Assembly: GCA_019455225.1 (NCBI GenBank)
Contig: JACFMU010000001.1
Location: forward strand, 291 to 64,290
Source of the DNA: Candidatus Hydrogenedentota bacterium
GTDB lineage: Bacteria; Hydrogenedentota; Hydrogenedentia; Hydrogenedentales; CAITNO01
Direction of reading: 5' to 3'
Length of the DNA: 64,000 nt
In this document: positions 1-9,760 of the stretch, piece after piece
Layout of the letters: every line of letters begins with the position of its first letter
Position numbering within the stretch: position 1 is the first letter of the stretch
Notes under the pieces: generated by a model
What the model was told of the DNA's origin: nothing
The model's database searches: none
Seen by the model: the letters and a program-made list of their open reading frames with translations, nothing else
Made by a program: the position numbers and the translations under genes

Positions 1-825
1 CCCGCCGAGGATGACGCGGTCGCGGTGCGCCGACGGGTCGGGCACGGGGGCGGCGGCGAGCAGCGCCCTGGTGTAGGGATGCACGGGCGCGTCGAAAAGT
101 TCGGCGGCGGGCGCGGTCTCGACGATGCGCCCGAGGTACATCACGGCGACGCTGGTGGAGATGTGGCGGACCACGCCGAGGTCGTGGCCGATGAAGAGAT
201 AAGTCAGGCCGAGGCGCTGCTGGAGGTCGGCCATCAGGTTGAGTATCTGCGCCTGGATGGAAACGTCCAGCGCGGAGACCGGCTCGTCGGCGATGATCAG
301 GTCCGGCTCTACCGCCAGTGCGCGGGCGATGCCCAGGCGCTGGCGCTGGCCGCCGCTGAACTCGTGCGGGTAGCGGTCCGCGGCGGCGGCGGGCATGCCG
401 ACCAAATCAAGCAGCTCCATCACGCGGGCCTTCACGTCCCCGCGCGGGACCACGCGGTGCACCCGCAGTATCTCCGCCAGCATGGACTGCACGGTCATGC
501 GCGGGTTCAGCGAGCCGTAGGGGTCCTGGAAGATGATCTGCATGCGCTTGCGCAGGGCGCGCAGGGTGTGCCGGTCCGCGCGGGTCACGTCCACGCCGTC
601 AAAGGTCACCTGGCCCGATGTCGGCTCGATGAGCCGCAGGAGCAGCCGGCCCGTGGTGGTCTTGCCGCTGCCGCTCTCGCCCACCAGGCTGAGGGTGGCC
701 CCCTTGGGTATCGAAAAACTCACGCCGTCCACGGCGCGCACCGCGCCCACGGTCCGCGAGAAGACCCCCTGCCGCACGGGAAAGTGCTTCACCAAATCCC
801 TCACCACGAGCAAGTCGCCGCTCAT
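1..825 (-). CDS. ABC transporter ATP-binding protein, Opp/Dpp family (OppF-like), C-terminus off the left edge
   Basis: Not in the ORF track. Hand translation of the reverse strand from ATG at 825 gives [62 protein letters not shown]... Walker A is GESGSGKTT, the signature is FSGGQRQR and Walker B is [11 protein letters not shown]. The start overlaps the stop of the upstream ATPase gene (ATGA). Confidence 0.85.
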   Translation of the reverse strand, partial: MSGDLLVVRDLVKHFPVRQGVFSRTVGAVRAVDGVSFSIPKGATLSLVGESGSGKTTTGRLLLRLIEPTSGQVTFDGVDVTRADRHTLRALRKRMQIIFQDPYGSLNPRMTVQSMLAEILRVHRVVPRGDVKARVMELLDLVGMPAAAADRYPHEFSGGQRQRLGIARALAVEPDLIIADEPVSALDVSIQAQILNLMADLQQRLGLTYLFIGHDLGVVRHISTSVAVMYLGRIVETAPAAELFDAPVHPYTRALLAAAPVPDPSAHRDRVILGG

Positions 826-1853
826 GCGCGTTCCTCCGGTTTTTCAGGGACAACGGTTTCCCCGCCGGGCGGGTTCGGGTGGTGCAGCCAGCACGCCGCG
901 GCGTGCCCCGGCGCGGTCCCCGCAAAGGGCGGCTCACGCAGGGCGCACACGGGCATCGCCTCGGCGCAGCGCGGATGGAACCGGCATCCGGACGGGAAAT
1001 GCGTGGCCGGGGGCACGGACCCCCGGATGGTGCTCAGCCGCGCCGCGCCCCGGTTCATGGGCGGCAGCGACTGGAAGAGCGCGCGGGTGTAGGGGTGCGC
1101 CGGTGACTTGAAAAGCCTGTCCGCCGCCGCCCGCTCCACGATGCGCCCCGCGTACATCACGGCCACCTCGTCCGCCGTCTCGGCGACCACGCCCAGGTCG
1201 TGCGTGATGAGCAGAAGCGTCATGCCCGTGTTTCGCTGGAGTTCCCGCAGCAGTTCCAGGATCTGCGCCTGGATGGTCACGTCCAGCGCGGTGGTCGGCT
1301 CGTCCGCGATGAGCAGGCGCGGGCCGCATGACAGCGCCATGGCGATCATCACGCGCTGGAGCATGCCCCCGGACATCTGGTGCGGGTAGTCCTCCGCGCG
1401 CCGCGCCGCCGACGGGATGCCCACCCGCCCCATCATCTCCACGGCCCCGCGCCACGCCGCCGCCTTGTCCAGGCGGCGGTGCATGCGGAGCACGGCGGCA
1501 ATCTGGGCGCCCACGCGGAACACGGGGTTCATGGAGGTCATGGGCTCCTGGAAAATCATGGAGATGTCGTTGCCCCGGATACGGCGCATCTCCCGTTCAG
1601 GCAGGGCCAGCAGGTCCTTCCCGTCGAAAAGCGCCTCCCCCCCGGCGACGCGTCCGGGCGGCGAGGGGATCAACCGCATGAGGGACATGGCCGTCACGCT
1701 CTTGCCGCAGCCGCTCTCGCCCACCAGCGCCAGGGTCTTCCCGGCGGGCAGGTCAAACGACACCCCGTCCACCGCCCGGGCCGTGCCCTGGTCGGTGGTG
1801 AACTCCGTGCGCAGGTCCCGCACGGAAAGCAGGATGTTGCTTTCAGCGGCCAC
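822..1853 (-). CDS. ABC transporter ATP-binding protein, Opp/Dpp family (OppD-like)
   Basis: 343 aa. Walker A is GESGCGKS, the signature is MSGGMLQR and Walker B is [12 protein letters not shown]. The C-terminal oligopeptide-type Cys motif is GCRFHPRC. Confidence 0.9.
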   Translation of the reverse strand: MAAESNILLSVRDLRTEFTTDQGTARAVDGVSFDLPAGKTLALVGESGCGKSVTAMSLMRLIPSPPGRVAGGEALFDGKDLLALPEREMRRIRGNDISMIFQEPMTSMNPVFRVGAQIAAVLRMHRRLDKAAAWRGAVEMMGRVGIPSAARRAEDYPHQMSGGMLQRVMIAMALSCGPRLLIADEPTTALDVTIQAQILELLRELQRNTGMTLLLITHDLGVVAETADEVAVMYAGRIVERAAADRLFKSPAHPYTRALFQSLPPMNRGAARLSTIRGSVPPATHFPSGCRFHPRCAEAMPVCALREPPFAGTAPGHAAACWLHHPNPPGGETVVPEKPEERA

Positions 1854-1862
1854 CGGTTCTCC

Positions 1863-2882
1863 TCATTGCCGCAGCCTCGGGTCCATGGCGTCGCGCAGGC
1901 CGTCGCCCACCAGGTTGAAGGCCACCACGGTCACAAACACCGCGATGCCGGGGAAAAGAACCAGCCACCAGGCGAAGTCCACATAACTCTGCGACTGCTT
2001 CAGTATCTCGCCCCAGCTCGCCGTGGGCGGCGGCACGCCGAAGCCCAGGAAGCTCAGGCCCGACTCCGTCAGGATCGCCCCGGCCACGCCGAAGGTGGCG
2101 CTGACAAAGACCGGGCTGATCGCGTTCGGCAGCAGGTGCCGGAACATCACCCGCAGGTCGCCCAGGCCCGAGGCCCGCGCCGCCGTCGCATAGTCCTGGC
2201 CCTTCACCTTCAGAAACTCGCCCCTGACCAGCCGCGCCACGCCCGGCCAGCTCGTCAGGCCGATGACCACCATGATGTTCATGATGCCCGGCTCAAGAAA
2301 GGCCATCACCGTGATGATCAGGAAGAACGAGGGGACGCATATCCACACCTCGATCACCCGGAGAATCGCCGCGTCCGCCCAGCCGCCGTAGAATCCCGCC
2401 ACCGCGCCCAACACCACCCCGATGAGCACCGCAATGCCCACGGCGATGAACCCCACGGACATGGAGACGCGCGAGCCCCAGACAATCCTGCTGAGCACGT
2501 CGCGGCCCCGGTCGTCCGTGCCGAACCAGTGGGCCGCACCGGGCGGCTCGAGCCGCCGCGACAGATCCTGCCGCAGCGGGCCGTGCGGCACCGGCGGCCA
2601 CAGGGCGTACTCGCCCTCGCCGGGCCGCCAGCGGTCGAAGTTGTTGTAGAGGTTCTCCGCGCGGAGGTCGGCGTAGGTGATGAGGTTCGGCAGGGGGTAG
2701 GTTTTTCCGCCCTTCACCAGCCACAGGGGCACGTCACCCGCGAGCAGGGGCGCGCACAGTGCCGTAAGCCCCATGAGCAGCACCAGCGCCACGCCGAAAA
2801 GCGCGGGTTTGTTCCGGCGGAACTGTCGCCACACCAGCGGCCAGTAGCCCTGGCGCGCCTCTTTTTGCGCCGCGCCGCTCAT
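1863..2882 (-). CDS. ABC transporter permease (OppC/DppC-like)
   Basis: 339 aa multi-TM protein with an N-terminal OppC-type extension and a binding-protein-dependent permease core. It lies in an operon with two ATPases, a second permease and an SBP. Confidence 0.85.
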   Translation of the reverse strand: MSGAAQKEARQGYWPLVWRQFRRNKPALFGVALVLLMGLTALCAPLLAGDVPLWLVKGGKTYPLPNLITYADLRAENLYNNFDRWRPGEGEYALWPPVPHGPLRQDLSRRLEPPGAAHWFGTDDRGRDVLSRIVWGSRVSMSVGFIAVGIAVLIGVVLGAVAGFYGGWADAAILRVIEVWICVPSFFLIITVMAFLEPGIMNIMVVIGLTSWPGVARLVRGEFLKVKGQDYATAARASGLGDLRVMFRHLLPNAISPVFVSATFGVAGAILTESGLSFLGFGVPPPTASWGEILKQSQSYVDFAWWLVLFPGIAVFVTVVAFNLVGDGLRDAMDPRLRQ

Positions 2883-3874
2883 TCCAGTTTAATCCTCGGG
2901 TCCACCAGCACGTAGAGCAGGTCGCTCAGGAGCAGCCCCGCCAGCGTCAGCAGCGACGCGATGGCCACCTCGCCCATGATCAGCGGGTAATCCCGGCTCA
3001 GCACCGCCTCGAAGGCCAGGCGGCCCATGCCCGGTATCGAGAAGATGCTCTCGATGATGATGCTGCCGCCGATGAGCGCGGGCAGCAGCCCGCCCAGAAG
3101 GGTCACAATCGCGATGAGCGAGTTGCGCATCGCGTACTTCCACACCACGGTCCGTTCGGGAAAACCGTAGGCCCGCGCCGTCCGCACATAGTCCTGCCGG
3201 AGCACGTCGAGCATGCCCGCCCGCATGTACCGCGACAGGTACGCCAGGCTCCCGTAGGTCAGGCAGAACAGGGGCAGCGCCATGTGCCAAAGCCGGTCCA
3301 GCAGCCACGCGCCGGAGGGGAGGGACTCCGCGCCCGACGAGTTGATGCCGTGGATGGGAAACCAGTCCAGGTACTCGCCGCCGCCCAGAAAGAGGATCAG
3401 CAGCATGGCCACCCAGAAACCCGGCAGGCTGTAGAGCAGGAAAAGCCCCACGGTCAGGGCGCTGTCCGTCTTCGCGCCCGCATGCGTCGCCGAGTACACC
3501 CCCAGGGGGATCGAGAGCAGGTACACCAGGAAAATGGAAATCAGGTTGAGCTGGAGGGTGATGGGCAGCGCCTCGGCAATCTTGTCCATCACGGGCCGCT
3601 GGTCCTTCATGCTCTTCCCGAAGTCCAGCGTCACCAGCCGCCCCAGCCACAGGAAATACTGCGTGTGCAGGGGCTTGTCCAGCCCGTAGAGCGCCCTGGT
3701 CTGCTCCATGATCTGCGCCGTGGCCGCGTCGGATTTCATGGCGCCCTCGAGCCCGCGCAGCTTGAAGGCCACCGGGCTGCCCGGAGCAAGCTGGATCAGC
3801 GCGAAGGTGAGCATGCTGATGCCGAGAAAGGTCGGCACCATCAGCATCAGCCTGCGCAGGATGTAGGCCCGCAT
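2879..3874 (-). CDS. ABC transporter permease (OppB/DppB-like)
   Basis: 331 aa. It opens [34 protein letters not shown], typical of OppB/DppB. It overlaps the downstream permease by 4 nt. Confidence 0.85.
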   Translation of the reverse strand: MRAYILRRLMLMVPTFLGISMLTFALIQLAPGSPVAFKLRGLEGAMKSDAATAQIMEQTRALYGLDKPLHTQYFLWLGRLVTLDFGKSMKDQRPVMDKIAEALPITLQLNLISIFLVYLLSIPLGVYSATHAGAKTDSALTVGLFLLYSLPGFWVAMLLILFLGGGEYLDWFPIHGINSSGAESLPSGAWLLDRLWHMALPLFCLTYGSLAYLSRYMRAGMLDVLRQDYVRTARAYGFPERTVVWKYAMRNSLIAIVTLLGGLLPALIGGSIIIESIFSIPGMGRLAFEAVLSRDYPLIMGEVAIASLLTLAGLLLSDLLYVLVDPRIKLE

Positions 3875-3892
3875 CGCGTTCCCCCGCCCTGT

Positions 3893-5572
3893 TCAGCCGC
3901 CGTACCGCTGGAGCGCCCGGGGCGCGAACCACTCGCGCTCCTCCATGCCGAAGAGGTGCCCCCGGATGCCCTGAATCCGCTTGTCCACGGCCATCAGCTC
4001 CTTCGGCGCCATCATGAACAGGTAGGGCTGCTCCCCGTAAAGTATTTCCTGAAAGCGGTGGTACAGCCGGATGCGCTCGTTCCGGTCAAAGGAGACACGC
4101 GCCGCCTCGACAAGCCTGTCCGCCTCTTCGTTGACAAAGCCGACGTAGTTCGAGCCCTTCTCCGCCTGCGAGGAATGCCAGATTTGGTAGGGGTCCGGGT
4201 CCGGGGTCATCATCCACGCCATGAGAATCACGTCAAAATCACGCTTGTCCACCCGGTCCAGCAGCGAGGCCCATTCCATGGGGCGGATGACCAGCTCGAT
4301 GCCCGCCCGCGCCAGTTCCTCCTTGTAGAGGGTCAGTATCTTCTCCGCAACGGGGTTTTGGTTGGTGATGAACGCGTCAAAGCGGAACTCTGTCCCGTCC
4401 CTGTCCAGGGTGCCGTCGCCGTTGCTGTCGAGCCAGCCGGCCTGTCCGAGCAGCGCCGCCGCCCCGGCGGGGTCAAACGAAATCGGGACCAGGGAGCCGT
4501 TGTTCTCCGGCGTGCCGGGCATGAACCCGGCCACCACCGGCATGGCCAGGCCCTGGTAAATCTCCGTGATGATCTGGTTCCGGTTCATCAGCATCGCCAG
4601 GGCGCGGCGCGTCTCCCTGTCGGAGAACTGGGGCTTCCGCGTGTTCCAGCCGATGTAATTAAACGCGGGCCGCCCCGTGGTGAAGCGGTTGAAACGCTCC
4701 GTGAACTTGGGCGTGTTCGCGCGGCGCACCCAGTCCTCGGGCAGCAGCCGCATGGCGTCCATGTCGCCCCGCGCCAGCACCTGGAACGCCGCGTTGTCGT
4801 CCGTGATGGCGATGAACTTGATCTTGTCGAAATGCGGCAGGCCCTTCTCCGCCGCACCCCAGAACCGGGTGTTCCGCGACAGCACCACCTCCCTGCCGGT
4901 GGCCCAGCTTTCCAGCACATACAGGCCGGAACCGACGGGCGCGCGGTTGTTCGGGTGGTTGTTGAAGTCGCCCACGCCGTAAATGTGCTTCGGGATGATA
5001 TACATGCCGCCAATCACGACGGCGTGGAGGTAGTAGGGCTTGTCGCAGGTGAAGCGGACCGTGTAATCGTCCACAACCTCCACGGAGGTGATGTCCGCGA
5101 TATAATTCCGGAGATGCGGCGCGTCCACGGCGGGGTCTTTGAGCCGGTCAAAGGTGAACTTCACGTCCTGCGCCGTCAGGGGCGCGCCGTCGGAGAAGAC
5201 CACGTCCTTCCGCAGGTGGAAGGTGTAGACCAAATGGTCCTCCGAAACCTCGTAGGACTCCGCCACCCAGGGCTCCATTTCAAGGGTCACGGGGTTGCGG
5301 ATCAGCATTCCGTCAAAAATGTAGTCCAGCACCTTGCCGGAGTAGTAGTCCGTGCTGGTCAGCGGGTTCAGGTGCGGCATCTCCGTGGGCAGGCGCAGCA
5401 GCAGCCAGTCGCCCTGTTCCGGGGCCGCCTCCGGCATGTACTCCGTCAGGCCCGACGGAACGGCCCCGTCCCCCGCCTCGGACGCCGGCTTCGGCCCCCC
5501 GCACCCGGAAAAAAGCGCCAGGGACAAGAACGTCACAGCCAGCAACGCCGGAACCGTTTCCAACCGCTTCAT
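3893..5572 (-). CDS. ABC transporter substrate-binding lipoprotein, family 5 (peptide/nickel/oligosaccharide type)
   Basis: 559 aa. It has a signal peptide with lipobox LFSGC and length and architecture typical of family-5 SBPs. It is the first gene of the transporter operon. Confidence 0.85.
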   Translation of the reverse strand: MKRLETVPALLAVTFLSLALFSGCGGPKPASEAGDGAVPSGLTEYMPEAAPEQGDWLLLRLPTEMPHLNPLTSTDYYSGKVLDYIFDGMLIRNPVTLEMEPWVAESYEVSEDHLVYTFHLRKDVVFSDGAPLTAQDVKFTFDRLKDPAVDAPHLRNYIADITSVEVVDDYTVRFTCDKPYYLHAVVIGGMYIIPKHIYGVGDFNNHPNNRAPVGSGLYVLESWATGREVVLSRNTRFWGAAEKGLPHFDKIKFIAITDDNAAFQVLARGDMDAMRLLPEDWVRRANTPKFTERFNRFTTGRPAFNYIGWNTRKPQFSDRETRRALAMLMNRNQIITEIYQGLAMPVVAGFMPGTPENNGSLVPISFDPAGAAALLGQAGWLDSNGDGTLDRDGTEFRFDAFITNQNPVAEKILTLYKEELARAGIELVIRPMEWASLLDRVDKRDFDVILMAWMMTPDPDPYQIWHSSQAEKGSNYVGFVNEEADRLVEAARVSFDRNERIRLYHRFQEILYGEQPYLFMMAPKELMAVDKRIQGIRGHLFGMEEREWFAPRALQRYGG

Positions 5573-5606
5573 TAACCGCTCCTTCTTCCTCCCCGCACCC
5601 TAGACC

Positions 5607-6488
5607 CTATACTTTGTGCCTAAGTTTCCCAAACCGCTCCTCCACCTCGCGCTGGAACCGTCCAATGTGCGCCAGAACCAGTTCCAGCGGGTCCGGCCCG
5701 TCGTCCTGCAGAAGCGGCGACAGGTCCATCGCGAACACCGTGCCCGTCGTGGCATCCACGCCGTGCGAGGCGTGGTAGGTCGCGTGGGCCCTGCGCCGGC
5801 CCATGGTGGCCAGGTCATAGCGCTTGCCCCCGGCAATCTGCGAGTCGAAGACGCCCAGCAGCGCCGCCTGGAGGTTCTCATGGGACGTCGTGTCAAAGGC
5901 GACCTTGTCCCCGTCCGTCATCCAGTCCAAATCGCGCCACACCTCGCAGCCGTAGAGTTTTTTCGGGCGAAGTTCCGTAGGCAGGCGGCGCAGGGCGGCA
6001 ATGAGTTTCAGCGTCACGCCCACATGGGTGTCGTGCTTGTCCGCCAGATTGTGCGTGTACACCACCTCCGGGCGCGCCGCGCGCAGCAGCGCCTCCAGGT
6101 CGTCCACCGCCGCCGTGTTCGCGGCGTCCTTCACCGCGCCGCTCGGCAGGTCCAGCAGCGCCTGTGCGGCGTACTCGCCCACCACGGCCGCCTTCTTCTG
6201 CTCCTTGCGCCGCACCAGAATCATCTCATCGTCCGTGTACCGCGCGTAGACCCCGTCCCGGGGCGAACCCGCGCCGTTGGTCACCACCACGCCCGTGAAC
6301 CACTTGTCCGGCTGCTGGAAGCACGCGGCGACGCCGTCGTGCGCCATGATTTCGATGTCGTCCTGGTGCGCCGCCACGGCCATGTGCGTGGTCCGCGCCA
6401 GGGCCTCCTCCAGGGGTAGCCCGTCGGGCACAAACAATTCAGCGGTCTCAAGGCTCAGTTTCATCGCTTCAACTCCTTCACTTCCCAA
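5607..6488 (-). CDS. PIG-L (LmbE-like) family deacetylase
   Basis: 293 aa. It carries the AHQDDIEI motif, the characteristic PIG-L AHPDD-type metal site. The start could instead be the Met at 6464. Confidence 0.7.
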   Translation of the reverse strand: MGSEGVEAMKLSLETAELFVPDGLPLEEALARTTHMAVAAHQDDIEIMAHDGVAACFQQPDKWFTGVVVTNGAGSPRDGVYARYTDDEMILVRRKEQKKAAVVGEYAAQALLDLPSGAVKDAANTAAVDDLEALLRAARPEVVYTHNLADKHDTHVGVTLKLIAALRRLPTELRPKKLYGCEVWRDLDWMTDGDKVAFDTTSHENLQAALLGVFDSQIAGGKRYDLATMGRRRAHATYHASHGVDATTGTVFAMDLSPLLQDDGPDPLELVLAHIGRFQREVEERFGKLRHKV

Positions 6489-7878
6489 TCACCGGGAGGC
6501 TCGCCGCGGCGATGGACTGACCCACCCGGCGGCTCTTCTCGTCGGGCAGTTGTATCTCCACCCGCGCCGCCACTTCGGGGAATTCCCGCTCCAGCACCCG
6601 GCGCGCGCCGTCGAGAATCAGGTCGCCGCCCGACCCCGACGTGCAGCGTCCCAGTATTAACACATGTTTCAGGGTGTAAAAGTCCGCGTAATGGGCCAGC
6701 GTGTAGCCCAGGTACACGCCCATGCTCTCCCAGATGCGCCGCGCCCCGGCGTCGCCCGACTCCAGTTTCGCCTGCGCGGCCTTCAGCTTGTCGGCATTCG
6801 TCACGTTCAGGGGCAGGTCAATGCCCGCCGCGGGCGCCAGGCGGAACACGCACTGCTGCGAGAAATACCGCGCGCCCACGCCGACATCGCCCGACCACTC
6901 CTCGACGGGCGCGTCCGGGTTGTAGTCCACCGGGCAGAAAGCCAGCTCGTTCAGCCAGCCCGTGATGTTCCCGTCCATGGTCACATAGCCGCCCGCCTCG
7001 CTGGTGCCCATGGCGATGCCCAGCACCCCGTTGTCCTCCAGTGACATGGATCCCGCCAGGGCCGTCACCTCGCCGTCGTTCACTATCTCCAGCGGCACCC
7101 CCATCTCCTCCCGGATGCGCAGGAACATCTCGCGCACCTCGCCGAAGCGTTCCCTCGGTATGGACCGGAACAGGGACGCGATCATGGCGCGGTTGTTCAC
7201 ATAGACCCCCGCCGAACTTCCGCCGATGGCGTCCACGCGCGGCAGCTTCGCCGCCGCCGCATTCAACGCCCGCATGACCTCGGAATAGTGGTAGTTTGGG
7301 TCCGACTGGTTCACCGGGTCCCACACCACCTCCTCGCTGTACACCGCCTCGCCCTCCACCACTGCGGACACCTTCCGGTCCGAGCCGCCCAAATCGAACC
7401 CGATTCGGCAGCCGTCCAAATGGCGGCCCAGGGGTTTCGTGACGTCATTCTCGGCGGGCACCTCCTCCGGACGGCAGGAAACCACCTCAAAGGGCTTCTC
7501 GTACACGTCCCGGCCCATGAAATGCCAGTCGAACGCGCGGATGCCGCCGGGGTTGTAGCATCGCGCCAGAAATTCACCCACCGATGCCGGGCCGCCCACC
7601 CACAGTTTGCACGCACCCCGCTGCCACAGCAGGAACTTCACCAGCCGCTCGATGTAATAGTGGTTCGCCTCCGATTTCGGGTGGGAATCCTCCAGCACGG
7701 CCGTCTCAAACCGGGACACCGAGCCGTCGCCCCGCTCCAGCCCCAGCACCACCGGCACGCCGCACCCGGAACGGCGGACCTCCTCCTGAAAGGCGCGGTT
7801 TGACAGCACTGCCGGACGGAAATCAGGGTCCAGCGGGGGCGTGATAGACGGCGGGACGAGTATCCAGGGGGTGGTCAT
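6478..7878 (-). CDS. ROK-family sugar kinase-like protein with about 155 aa N-terminal extension
   Basis: 466 aa. It has an ATPase phosphate-1-like motif GFDLGGSDRKV and further ROK/ASKHA-like segments (IGGSSAGV, NDGEVTALAG, GTSEAGG). It overlaps the deacetylase gene by 11 nt. Confidence 0.6.
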   Translation of the reverse strand: MTTPWILVPPSITPPLDPDFRPAVLSNRAFQEEVRRSGCGVPVVLGLERGDGSVSRFETAVLEDSHPKSEANHYYIERLVKFLLWQRGACKLWVGGPASVGEFLARCYNPGGIRAFDWHFMGRDVYEKPFEVVSCRPEEVPAENDVTKPLGRHLDGCRIGFDLGGSDRKVSAVVEGEAVYSEEVVWDPVNQSDPNYHYSEVMRALNAAAAKLPRVDAIGGSSAGVYVNNRAMIASLFRSIPRERFGEVREMFLRIREEMGVPLEIVNDGEVTALAGSMSLEDNGVLGIAMGTSEAGGYVTMDGNITGWLNELAFCPVDYNPDAPVEEWSGDVGVGARYFSQQCVFRLAPAAGIDLPLNVTNADKLKAAQAKLESGDAGARRIWESMGVYLGYTLAHYADFYTLKHVLILGRCTSGSGGDLILDGARRVLEREFPEVAARVEIQLPDEKSRRVGQSIAAASLPVIGK

Positions 7879-8108
7879 GACAAAAATCCTTTACTGCCGA
7901 TGCGTCCCTGCGCTGTTCAGACGGGCGGGAGGACACCCGCCCCGCAGGGGGTTGTTTGCGAGCCCACACTATAGCACATCCTTCGGGACGAAAAAACGCG
8001 CGACCACCGGCCGGTCCGGTTGACTAACCGGCGCATTCTCGGACAGAATAAAAGGTGAATTCGACCAATGCCGGACCGGCACTGCAAATTGAAAAGGATG
8101 GTTTCCCC

Positions 8109-8249
8109 ATGCGCAAGACACGCTGGTTTTTCATGGTGGCCTTTGCCGTCGCGGCGCTCGCCGCATTCTCCGGGTGCAACACCGTGCGGGGCATGGGCAA
8201 GGACTTGGAACGCGGCGGTCAGCGCCTTCAGGAAGTCTCCGACAGGTAG
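8109..8249 (+). CDS. Entericidin A/B family small lipoprotein
   Basis: MRKTRWFFMVAFAVAALAAFSGCNTVRGMGKDLERGGQRL. The lipobox is followed by the CNTxRGxGxDxxxGG pattern of EcnA/EcnB. The start was chosen at the internal ATG at 8109. Confidence 0.6.
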   Translation: MRKTRWFFMVAFAVAALAAFSGCNTVRGMGKDLERGGQRLQEVSDR

Positions 8250-8294
8250 CCGCCGCAAGGCCCTAGGGCGACAGGCCCCAAAGGAGTATTGCCC

Positions 8295-9746
8295 ATGCTT
8301 TCCATCACGGTGGCCTGCCTGCTGTTCTCTCCGGCCCTTTCCCCCGGACTTGAACAGCTCACCGTAAAAGGCACCCAAATCGTAAACCCCGCCGGGGAGA
8401 CCGTCCCCCTGCGGGGTGTCAATTTCGGGGGCTGGCTCATGCTCGAAACCTGGATTTCCGGCATTGAGCGGGAGTGGGACGACCGTCTCCGTGAGATGGC
8501 CGATGAAACCGGGGTGCGCCCGGAACTGGACGCGGCCTTCAAGGCGCTGGGCAAATGGGATGACGACACGGAGCCCATTCTGGACCACATCGGCCGCCTG
8601 CACCAGGCGCTTCGGGACAACGCAAAGGACAAGCCCGGCCCGCTCGCGGCCTATTTCGCCCTGTATGACGCCGAACCGCCCATTTTCGCCGCCCATGACT
8701 TTGACCGGGTGCTCCGTGACCGTTTCGGTGACGGGGGCGCGCAACAGGTCTGGGACCTCTACCATGACACCTGGCTCACGGAGCGTGACTTCCAACTGGC
8801 CGCCGCCCTCGGCTTCACCTTTGTCCGGCTCCCTTTCTGGTACCGCTGGTTCGAGGACGACGACCGGCCCGGCGAATACAGGGACTACGGGTTCAAGTAT
8901 CTCGACCGGGCGGTGGAATGGGCCGCGAAGCACCGGCTCTATCTGATGCCGGATTTCCATGGCGCGCCCGGCGGGCAAAGTCCCTGGGACCACACGGGCG
9001 AACTGAGCCGCAACGAGTTTTTCACCTGTGACGCGTGTCTGCGCCGCACCGCCGCGCTGTGGGAGGCCATCGCGGCGCGATACCGGGACAACCCCGCCGT
9101 CTTCGCCTATGACACGCTGAACGAGCCCTTCTCCGCGAAGGACCTGGACGACTGGGTGCGGGTGCAGGACACGCTTTACCGGGCCATTCGGCGGGGCGAC
9201 CCCGACGGCATTGTGGTGATGGAGGACGGGTACAAACTGGAGAGCATGCCCTGGATGATGACGGGATTCTTCCCCAAGCCCGAGGAGCACGGCTGGGAAA
9301 ATGTGGTGTACTCGTTCCATTTCTACTCCGGGAGCGGCCACGAAAAGCGCGCCGCCCAGGTGGCCAGGATTGCCCGGCGCGAGCAGGACCGGTGCGGGGC
9401 GCCCCTCTACGCGGGCGAGTTCAGCACCATGAGCGGCACTCCCGAAGGGCTTGACGGCATGCGCGTGTACTGCTCCCTCTTCAACCGGGAGGGGTGGATG
9501 TGGTCACCCTGGACTTTCAAGTATGTGGACGGCGAGGGCAAGGGCGCCATGTGGGGTGTTTACCGTCATGACGGCCCCTGGCGCACCCCCAACATCCACC
9601 GGGACAGTCTTGAGGACATCCTCGCGGCCATCCGCAGGATGGACACGGCCAACTTCACCCTTCACCCCGGCTATGGAAACGTGCTCCGCGAATGCCTCAC
9701 CCAGCCCTGGGCGCCCCCGCCGGGGCAAAATGCCCGCAAACCCTGA
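8295..9746 (+). CDS. Glycoside hydrolase family 5 (secreted)
   Basis: Signal peptide present. Motifs are VNFGGWLMLE, the acid/base motif LNEPF and a nucleophile region YAGEFS. AAGGAG lies 8 nt upstream of the ATG at 8295. Confidence 0.8.
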   Translation: MLSITVACLLFSPALSPGLEQLTVKGTQIVNPAGETVPLRGVNFGGWLMLETWISGIEREWDDRLREMADETGVRPELDAAFKALGKWDDDTEPILDHIGRLHQALRDNAKDKPGPLAAYFALYDAEPPIFAAHDFDRVLRDRFGDGGAQQVWDLYHDTWLTERDFQLAAALGFTFVRLPFWYRWFEDDDRPGEYRDYGFKYLDRAVEWAAKHRLYLMPDFHGAPGGQSPWDHTGELSRNEFFTCDACLRRTAALWEAIAARYRDNPAVFAYDTLNEPFSAKDLDDWVRVQDTLYRAIRRGDPDGIVVMEDGYKLESMPWMMTGFFPKPEEHGWENVVYSFHFYSGSGHEKRAAQVARIARREQDRCGAPLYAGEFSTMSGTPEGLDGMRVYCSLFNREGWMWSPWTFKYVDGEGKGAMWGVYRHDGPWRTPNIHRDSLEDILAAIRRMDTANFTLHPGYGNVLRECLTQPWAPPPGQNARKP

Positions 9747-9760
9747 ACGGGAGTTTTCAC

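Noticed and set aside
1-5572. The Opp-type transporter as NikABCDE, the nickel importer usually repressed by NikR.
   Set aside because: It is 12 kb and many unrelated genes away from nikR. It is directly followed by sugar-processing genes (PIG-L deacetylase, ROK kinase). I saw no NikR-type GTATGA-N16-TCATAC operator upstream. Substrate cannot be decided from sequence alone, so nickel is left as a minor alternative.
3284-5575. Very long plus-strand ORF (763 aa). Similar giants occur at 1380-2915, 7917-9341, 19691-21514, 22192-23982, 39087-41708, 41633-43507, 51951-53546 and 59070-60929.
   Set aside because: They are antisense shadow ORFs of a high-GC genome. Their translations are Arg/Gly/Pro/His/Ala-rich low-complexity strings with no motifs. 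The opposite strand in each case encodes a recognisable protein family (SBP, permease, GH5, sulfatase-like fusion, LarC/LarB, MnmE/Jag, YidC, GH78).
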